64,000 nucleotides of DNA, from positions 182,218,001 to 182,282,000 of the forward strand of contig NC_042997.1 in NCBI RefSeq assembly GCF_006345805.1, in the 5' to 3' direction. The notes below the pieces were generated by a model. That model saw only the letters and a list, made by a program, of their open reading frames with translations. It was not told where the DNA came from and ran no database searches. Positions within the stretch are counted from its first letter, which is position 1, and the number at the start of each line of letters is the position of its first letter. A program made the position numbers and the translations under genes. Positions 56,001 through 64,000 of the stretch are shown here, piece by piece. The stretch comes from Octopus sinensis. Lineage: Eukaryota.

Positions 56001-56495
56001 ATGGATTACAAAACGGACATGTAGTAAAATAACTTCATTTTACATAACTATTTCTAAATTTTGCTGAAGACTAATTTATGACAAGGAACTATTTTCATAA
56101 TTACTTGAAAATAAAGCTTACAACACGGGGTTCTATAATTCATCCAGTTATCAATTCATTAGTTGTTTCCGTTCTTATAGCTTGTTGTGTAAATAACCTG
56201 AGATGTAGGTTGTTCATTCAAAAAAAGTATTTTGTTAATGGTAACCATAGAAGCCCTAATGTCTAAAACCCTTGATTTTAGGAAAATACAAGCTCTGGCC
56301 ATACATAATTAGAGCATAAACATTGGTTATATCTTCAGCTGTATTTGCTAGGAATTAACTCATTCTCATTTGTTTTATGATTTCACTTTCTTTTAAACCA
56401 TCTGATTTTCTGCAGTTCTATATATATAAGAGATGAGGAATTATGTACATTATTTACATTTGACGGATATTTGTCCTCATGTTGTTTGTTGTTAC

Positions 56496-56538
56496 CACAA
56501 CGTTTCGGCTGATATACCCTCCAACCTTCATCAGGTGT
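56496..56538 (-). ncRNA. Putative minimal type-I hammerhead ribozyme (P1 family)
   Basis: Minus strand reads CAC-CUGAUGA-A-GGUUG(GAGGGUAUAU)CAGCC-GAAAC-GUU-GUG; intact core and palindromic AACGUU stem III. Confidence 0.7.
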
Positions 56539-56734
56539 CTTGGAGAAATTTCGAACCTGGGTTCTCATTCCTAAGGGGTTTTTTTTTTACGTTGTTATTA
56601 TTATTATAACAATAATAACATTGAGAAAAATACCTTAGGAATGAGAACCCAGGTTCAAAATTTCCCCAAGACACCTGGTGAAGGCTGGAGGGTATATCAG
56701 CCGAAATGTTGTGTTAACAACAAACAAGATGAGT

Positions 56735-57061
56735 ACAATTGCAGTGTGGAAGATGTTTATAAGCCATTTAAGAAACACACAAAACCGTTAGATTCACTTC
56801 AACATATAAATTTAATTTGTCAAAATATTTTCGTTGCTTTGAGACCGCGACCTGTTCACTGACAAAGCTTCGTGGTCAGTGAACAGGTCGCGGTCTCAAA
56901 GCAACGAAAATATTTTGACAAATTAAATTTATATGTTGAAGTGAATCTAACGGTTTTGTGTGTTTCTTAAATGGCTTATAAACACCTTCCACGTTGCAAT
57001 TGTTTTCGTTCCAGCACACGATCTCAGATCAAGTCACTCGCTATGCAAGTACATCTCCATA
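56735..57061. mobile_element. Nested hairpin element (family P2, PLE-like) with 129-bp arms and a ~58-nt tail, flanked by a 13-bp direct repeat
   Basis: Arms 56735-56863 and 56875-57003 (3 mismatches counted, 11-nt loop). AAGATGAGTACAA occurs at 56726-56738 and 57062-57074. Confidence 0.85.
56816..56866 (-). ncRNA. Putative minimal type-I hammerhead ribozyme, G3-C8 core variant
   Basis: Minus strand reads UUUGUCA-GUGAACA-G-GUCGC(GGUCUCAAA)GCAAC-GAAA-AUAU-UU-UGACAAA: 7-bp stem I, stem II with one C-A mismatch, palindromic AAUAUU stem III. A mirror copy on + at 56875-56919 has a 4-bp stem I. Confidence 0.6.
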
Positions 57062-58248
57062 AAGATGAGTACAAATATCCATCAAATGTAAATAATGTAT
57101 CTAATTTTCTGTTCATTAAACATTCACTGGAAATATACCTACACGAAAATCCAAATCTGGGGTGTTTGTAAACTTGCAATAAAAACAAATCTATAGCATG
57201 TCGAGATTGTTGTGCACTATTGTAGCCTATTTGTCCTTGCTTTCATGAATATATTGTAACTCTGTCATACTATGATGCTCATAAACAGTGATGATCTTCA
57301 TTGTGTGGTGAGCCAGAGAATCTGCTAATGGAGAACTGTACAAAGGATAAAGATATGATCGAGATAGTGAAGTGGGTGAAAGAAATGATTTTACTATTTA
57401 TAGAAGAAGAAGCACAAATTTACTACAATGGAACGAATTATTTTAATAATTCTAAACAGAATTTTTTCCTGATGAAAGGAAGTAACACTTGAGCATTCAA
57501 CAAACTAAAATCTGAAAATTATTATTGAGGAAGAATGAGAGATAAAGCTTCCAATTAATTAGTACCTTTTTGTCTAGATGTTAATTAAAATGATCAACTA
57601 ATAAGCTTTATTTCACACACAGTTGAAATATATAATCAAATATTATGTGTCTCTGTATTCCATTTGATGATGCATAATCAGCAGTGTCCATCAATTAGAG
57701 ATTATTAGCCTTATTAACTTCAAGGCAGCTGGAACAGAATCAATCACAGCTTTACTGAAAGCATTAGTAACTTGTAAGCGAATTAATGACTACAGATGGG
57801 AATTGAAGCCTAGTCTTAGATTCAGCTGACTGGGAACTTGTGCCTTTTCTATGGTTATTCATAGTTTAAAATGAAATACCATTCTAAAATTTTAGAACAG
57901 TATTCTGTTTATCTAGATATCTGTAATTTAATACATTATTGTAAAAAGAAAATATTTTGTTAGGTTTTATTTGCACTTGGATTTTTCATTTATCAATTTA
58001 AAATTTCTGAATATAAAATGAACCTTGATGTAAGCTTTACTGTGGTGATTATGAAAGTTTATTTCGATGCAAAAGTCAAAGCAGCCTTAAGTCACAAGAC
58101 TTCTATAAGCTGCAACTTCTCTTCTTGAAGAAAATAATAATAATAGAAATATGGGTTTGCTTTTTTTTTCTTTTTTTTAAATTTTTTTTTAAAGTTCTGT
58201 ATTGAATTATTTGACACATGTTGTTGTAGCAAAGAAGACAGAACAACT

Positions 58249-58284
<36 letters not shown>

Positions 58285-59260
58285 ACGTCAAATCTCAGGG
58301 ATTAGTGAAGACCATATCACAGGTACCTAAGCTATTGGTATTTCTGTTTACTATCAGATACAATTTAGTTCTGATTAGATTAGCATTGGCTGGCCCTTTT
58401 TATTCCAATGTCTCACTTAAAAACTGAGCAATTTTTATGTGGTATGCTCTCTCAGGGCAGCTTAAGCAGTTTCTTCAAAATGTTTTCCTCAAAATAGCCA
58501 AGATATATGATCAGATTGGTTTTCAAGTTGCCTTTAAGAAAGTGTTCGTTAATACATTTTGAGACATTTGAATAAAATTTTGCCTTTTCATTACTTGCTT
58601 CTGGACATCATATCAAACAACATTAGAATATGTATTGTAACTCCATATTTTACTTCATTGTATGATATGGTTAACTGGATATCAATGTGTTGAGGACCTT
58701 ATTTGAAATCAAACAAGTTTCATTGGATGGAATTGGCTATAAATGAAAGAGAAAATGATTTATTTCATGCTGAAAACATTAGAAACAAATATTTTTTAAT
58801 AAGTATATAATTCTTTAAAGAACAACTTACCTTCTGAATATAAAAGTATGATGGGTTTCCAACAAATTTTATTTACAAAATAATCAAATGTTGCATTAAA
58901 TATAAGAGAAGCAGTTGTGTATTTTCTTTAGTCGTTACCTTCATCAAGTTTCAGTTACAACTCATTTCTGATACAAGGTTTCCATCATGAAAGATATTTG
59001 ATTTTTTTAGTCTCTTCTTTTCCATCCCAATAATGAACTATATTTTTCTGAAAAAAATTGATAAATTATATGTGAAATATAATGTGTCTTGTATGGCACA
59101 ACAATGCAGAGTGGACTATAATAACTGTTATAATTTAATTATCCATAGTCTGATATAATATTTCAGAATATAAAAATTCCTTCTTCAGATATTGCTAGGA
59201 ATTGATCAAGTCACTACTATAATCAGTTTATTTGGATTATTTGAAAATAGTTTTTATCTT

Positions 59261-59301
<41 letters not shown>

Positions 59302-61935
59302 GGGAATAATGATTAAATATTTAATATTTTAATTTCTGTCTTGAACTAACATATTTTAGGAACCCTCTTATGCTCACCCCTTAACTCTCATGAAGATCTG
59401 TGGATCAGCTAAATGGTGCTAGTTAGTTGCTCTTGATAGTTCTCATGCATAACTGATTGTCCCTTAAAGTTTTGCTTACTACTATGCATAAAATAATGAA
59501 AATCCTATCAGGTATTAATTAGGTACCATCAGAAATAATTGTATAATATACTTATATTACAATGAAGACAACTTCAAATATATCATTTTGCCTGCTTACA
59601 ACTGGCATTAACATTTTTATCATTGTATAGTGTCGATTATATTTACCATTATTTTTATTTCAACTTAGCAAATATTAACCTTCTTTGTATAAGACTTTCA
59701 AAAGTTAAATATTTTGGAGTTTTTTCTCCCTTATTAATGCAATATTTGTTGGTCAAAATCTCTTCTTGTAATTCCAGTCTGATATTTTTTCTTTCGTGGA
59801 AGATAATTTTGTGCATAATTTCACATGTCAATGGAAATTCTTAAAATTCTGAAAAATTTTCTGAAAGTACTTAACTTTCTCTTGAACCCAACACCTGAAC
59901 CTGTAACCTATCATGCAATGTTTTAGAAATAGATTTTCTTTCAGTTAGACTTAGTGTCAATAGTTATACTAGTTGTTTTCTAAATATATTCATAAATTAT
60001 CTGTAATGATTTTTTTTTTTTAATTATTATTATTATTATTATTATTAAATAAACTCTGGACTTAAACTACCATCCAGTTTAGTTATATAGTACTGATTGT
60101 TTTCTTACTGTTGGACATGTTCATGTCAGTCCTCTTGTTGACATAACTTTTATTAGGTACAGTATTTTAAAATATATTCCTCTTGCTAGGAACATATTTT
60201 AAAAGGGGTTGTTTTAAGTTTATATATAATGCAAATTATATTTTCTAACGGGAGGTTAACTACCATTTTTAATCTACAATTGATATTTTTAATAATGAAT
60301 TTATAGATAACATTGAGAAATTGGGTTATTAGAATAAGTTTTTCATATTCCCTGTGAAGACTTGGGGATTGTAAATTCAGTAAAATAATATGATATACAT
60401 TTTCCGATTATTCACTTTATATCTTTCTTTCTGATATTTTCATTATTTCTACTACATTCACTCTCTCTCACTCTTTCTCTCTCTTTCTCTCACTCTCTCT
60501 TTCACTCTCACTCTCTCACACACACCTATACACTGCTTTCTCTTACACTTTTTCTTTCCCACCCTTAGTTACATTTCCCTCTTCCTCCTCTCTCCCTCCC
60601 TTCAGTATTTAAACCCATTCACTTTAGTATTGGCTCAAGCCCTTTCCTAATGATTATATTGAAATGTCTTTTCCTTATTCTTCAAAAACATCCCCTCAAA
60701 AGATAGCTATATAAATAAAAGATATGCCAAAATTTCTTTATAGTGTTCTTAGAATGAAATGGAAGTAGTGGGCTTTTAGATTTATATTTTTATAATTTTC
60801 TCTTATTTTGGATCTAAAATTTGTTTAATAGTTTTAAAGATAGACATAGGTTAATTGGTGATTTCAAAGGCTTTATAATATTATTTTTTGAGTTTTCAAC
60901 TCTTTCTATTCACATATACACATGACTCTTATCTATAAAAAAAAGTCATTCTACTGATAATTTTATAAAAAATATCAAATTATTAATAACATATATTTAT
61001 ATTAATCAAGATACACTGTAAAAATTATCTGAAAGCTTTTTTCTGATATAAATGGAAACCCTTCATTTGCTAGATACTCTTGGAGTACTTTCTTGATTTT
61101 CAATCAAGTTCTTGTTATCTATTTTGTATAATCATTTATACTGATAACTGTTGATATTTTAAATCAATTGGAAAAGATTATCATTTAAAATATTTTAATT
61201 ATGCCAAAGTTACAAGACAATTGATTTCACTTGTTGCTGATTATCATTACAAGACTACTGAATCAAAAATTTTAGTCCCACTACTTCCCATGCAAGAAGG
61301 TGGTTTTAATTGACCAAAAGATAATACCTCCCACAGGCCTCCATGATAAACCCTTCATGGATTTGATTTCAAAGTGAATAGCTCTTTCCTTTTTATACAT
61401 AAGCTTATGGATTCTTTGCTGCTCAAAATTTGTCAAAAGTAGTTTAAAATACCTTTATCAAATATACACACCTATGTTTTAATCTTTTTTGGTTTTTTTT
61501 TGTTTTTTCCTTTTCTCCCAAGTTATTGAACAATGTGTTAGCTTCCATAATCCCATTCCACCACTCCAACACAAACTCCCTATTCCTTTCACTTCTTCCT
61601 TATCCCCACCACTCATATTTAAAACATTATTGATCTGTCAATAATCACTCTCTCCCTGCTTTTGGCACATAACTTGCAAATGCATTTCCTTAATGCACCA
61701 TATTTTTCTCTTTCATCTGGATCACCTTGCAACCCTTTTTGCATGCCCACTCACAATTTTACTGGTCAGGGTTCAACACTGGTAAGTCTATTTGGCTTAT
61801 GTGACCTGTCCCCAATTTTGTATGCCTCGCTCGTTCAACTCCTGTGCTCTTTTTTTTTTCTTTATCCCATGTCAGTTTTCTATTTTTGCGTAATGCCTGT
61901 TGTCTAAAATTTGCTAACATATATATCTAAGTATG

Positions 61936-61975
<40 letters not shown>

Positions 61976-63255
61976 CATACATATCTTTTCCTCTCCTTAC
62001 CCTATTGAAATATATTTGCCTGTGTCCTCTATTGAATGTTTTCTCAAGGCTAGCCGTCTTTTGTGAGCTATCTCTAGCACATATGGCTGTTAAAACATCT
62101 AACAGTGCCCAGTAGATTTACTACATGTAGGCAGATTATTATAAAACTTTTTATTTTATTTTATTTTCTATATTGGTATTACTGTTTTAATTCTCATTTG
62201 TATGACCTCAATGTTGAATGCCAATCAATGTTAAGAAGCGTCTGTTTTGAGGCACACATTGGAAAATTTGCCCCCATTTTTTCCTCTTATAGGTTTCTTT
62301 GAGAACACAAACATCTTTAGTTTGATTTTTAAATTCATTTCTTTTTGCATTTTTTTTTAAATTATTTGATTATAATTTTTATCAGTTTGACTGTATCATC
62401 TGCACTGAAATGATAAAATTTTGTGTCTCACAATCTAAGAATCTAATTGTTATTATGAGGTTCTTTTCTTCAAGTCATTGTTGTATTTTTTATATGTAAC
62501 ATATTCGAAAATAATTCAATAACACATTTCTTTTAATTTTGTAGCTGTTTCATTTGAAATGTCTTAAATAGCCATTTGGTATGTCTTGCGACAAATTTTT
62601 GTCTAATCTCAATTATTTTCCTGGTGAAGAAGAGAATAGAAGTTTTCTTGAAATTCTATCATTTCCAATTAAAATATTTATCTTGTCTTTATTTCCTTAG
62701 CTTATTCTAAAACAGTTTTTCAAAAGCTTCAATTTAAGGCTTTTATTTGTTTTAAAGAAAATCATTCTGTTTCAGTGGTTAAAATAATAAAACTGCACCT
62801 GCACAATTTCAATTTGCACTTTTGAATACTCAAATAACTAAAGTTCAAATTTTCCATTGGTTGTCTCAGACTGTGCATGACTATAGCATACATTTTTTTC
62901 TCAGATTTTATTTGTTTTATTTTATTATTCCTGCCATACTATACAAATGGCCAATTAGACGGTTGAATTATTTATTATTGGTTTGAATTAGACTCACATG
63001 TTTCACTTTTTTTTTTTTTTTTTTTTTTGTACTTTGCTACATATTTCTCAAGAAATTGTTGAAACCTGTGTTGCTGTAATATTAGTAAACTAGAATCTTG
63101 GTTTATTTTTCTTGCTCTTAGGCCTGAATGCTTCCATTTTAGAGTTGGCTGAAATTTGGTTGTTTCTTTTTTACATACATACAAACACACATGTTCACAA
63201 TTACAAGCACAGACATCATTATGTTCTTGTGTGTGTGTAGATATATATATATATG

Positions 63256-63322
<67 letters not shown>

Positions 63323-63527
63323 GGGGTGGAGAAGAGAGACACATAGATATATAATACACACATATATATATATATGTATGTATGTATATCTATATATGTA
63401 TATACACACATTGTGGTATGTATGTAGTGTACCTGAGTGCTGTATACAATAAGATCGTTATTTTTGTATATATACATATGTGTATGTATGTATATATATA
63501 TATATATATAATATATATATATATATT

Positions 63528-63891
63528 TACATTATTTATAATGGATGGATAGGTGTCCTCATCTTGTTTGTTGTTATCACAACATTTCAGCTGATGTACT
63601 CTCCAACCTTCATCAGGTGTTCTGATGGAATTTTGAACCCAACCGTTTATTTGACTAATGGGGTACACTGTTCTCATTCCTAAGGTATGTTGCTGATGAA
63701 AAATAATATCAACAGAAAAATAACATCAGCAACATGCCTTAGGAATGAGAACTGTGTACCCCATTAGTCAAATAAAGGGTTGGGTTCAAAATTCCACCAG
63801 AACACCTGATGAAGGCTGGAGAAGACAACAGCCGAAACGTTGTGATAACAACAAACAAGATGACACCTCTCCATCCATTAGAAATAATGTA
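63528..63891. mobile_element. PLE-like inverted-repeat element (P1 family), ~170-bp arms
   Basis: Left arm ~63528-63698 pairs with right arm ~63724-63891; flanked by TA-rich microsatellites. Confidence 0.8.
63803..63844 (+). ncRNA. Putative minimal type-I hammerhead ribozyme (P1 family), sense to the calcineurin pre-mRNA
   Basis: CAC-CUGAUGA-A-GGCUG(GAGAAGACAA)CAGCC-GAAAC-GUU-GUG; perfect 5-bp stem II; predicted cleavage after GUU at 63841. Confidence 0.72.
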
Positions 63892-64000
63892 TATAAATGT
63901 GTATATATGTATTTATATGTGTATGTATGTATATAAATGTGTATATATGTATTTATATGTGTATGTATGTATATAAATGTGTATATATGTATTTATGTAT
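63891..64000. repeat. 40-bp minisatellite, ~2.7 copies, running off the window edge
   Basis: Unit ATATAAATGTGTATATATGTATTTATATGTGTATGTATGT at 63891, 63931 and 63971. Confidence 0.9.

Larger units (their letters stand above)
56429..57106. mobile_element. Penelope-like (PLE) inverted-repeat element, family P1, interrupted by a nested second element
   Basis: Left arm ~56429-56576 is the reverse complement of the right arm ~56632-56738 plus 57062-57106. Each arm carries a CTGATGA-A-stem-GAAAC hammerhead-like motif. Same family as the copies at 16.9-17.5 kb and 63.5-63.9 kb. Confidence 0.8.

Noticed and set aside
56383-56862. Paired similar ORFs MRTQV..PDEGWRVYQPK (and MRTVYP..PDEGWR at 63.4-63.9 kb) as a small protein family
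   Set aside because: The similarity comes from the inverted arms. 'PDEG...PK' is simply the translation of the hammerhead core CCTGATGAAGGC...CCGAAA.
63891-64000. CRISPR-like or other prokaryotic repeat system
   Set aside because: The repeats are head-to-tail with no unique spacers, there are no cas genes, and the context is a spliceosomal-intron eukaryotic gene.

Overview
This is AT-rich eukaryotic genomic DNA, not prokaryotic. The repeat families suggest a cephalopod, most likely Octopus (inference only). The window holds the middle of a + strand calcineurin A (PP2B catalytic subunit, PPP3C/CanA) gene. Eight canonical GT-AG exons (125, 112, 146, 140, 78, 95, 126 and 78 nt; 900 nt total) splice in frame from V-CGDIHGQ to [14 protein letters not shown], covering the phosphatase core and the CnB-binding helix. 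The N-terminal exons and the calmodulin-binding/autoinhibitory exons are not seen in the window. The introns contain SINEs, RTE-LINE, hAT and Tc1/mariner remnants, microsatellites and a 310-bp tandem duplication. The most notable observations are: (i) Penelope-like inverted-repeat elements carrying minimal type-I hammerhead ribozyme motifs, including a nested 129-bp hairpin whose hammerhead has a compensatory G3-C8 core swap; (ii) a candidate in-frame 9-nt microexon in the linker between the CnB-binding and CaM-binding regions; (iii) nested inverted SINE pairs flanking a frame-symmetric 459-nt exon block. Most ORFs in the supplied track are spurious. All calls were made by eye with no database search.
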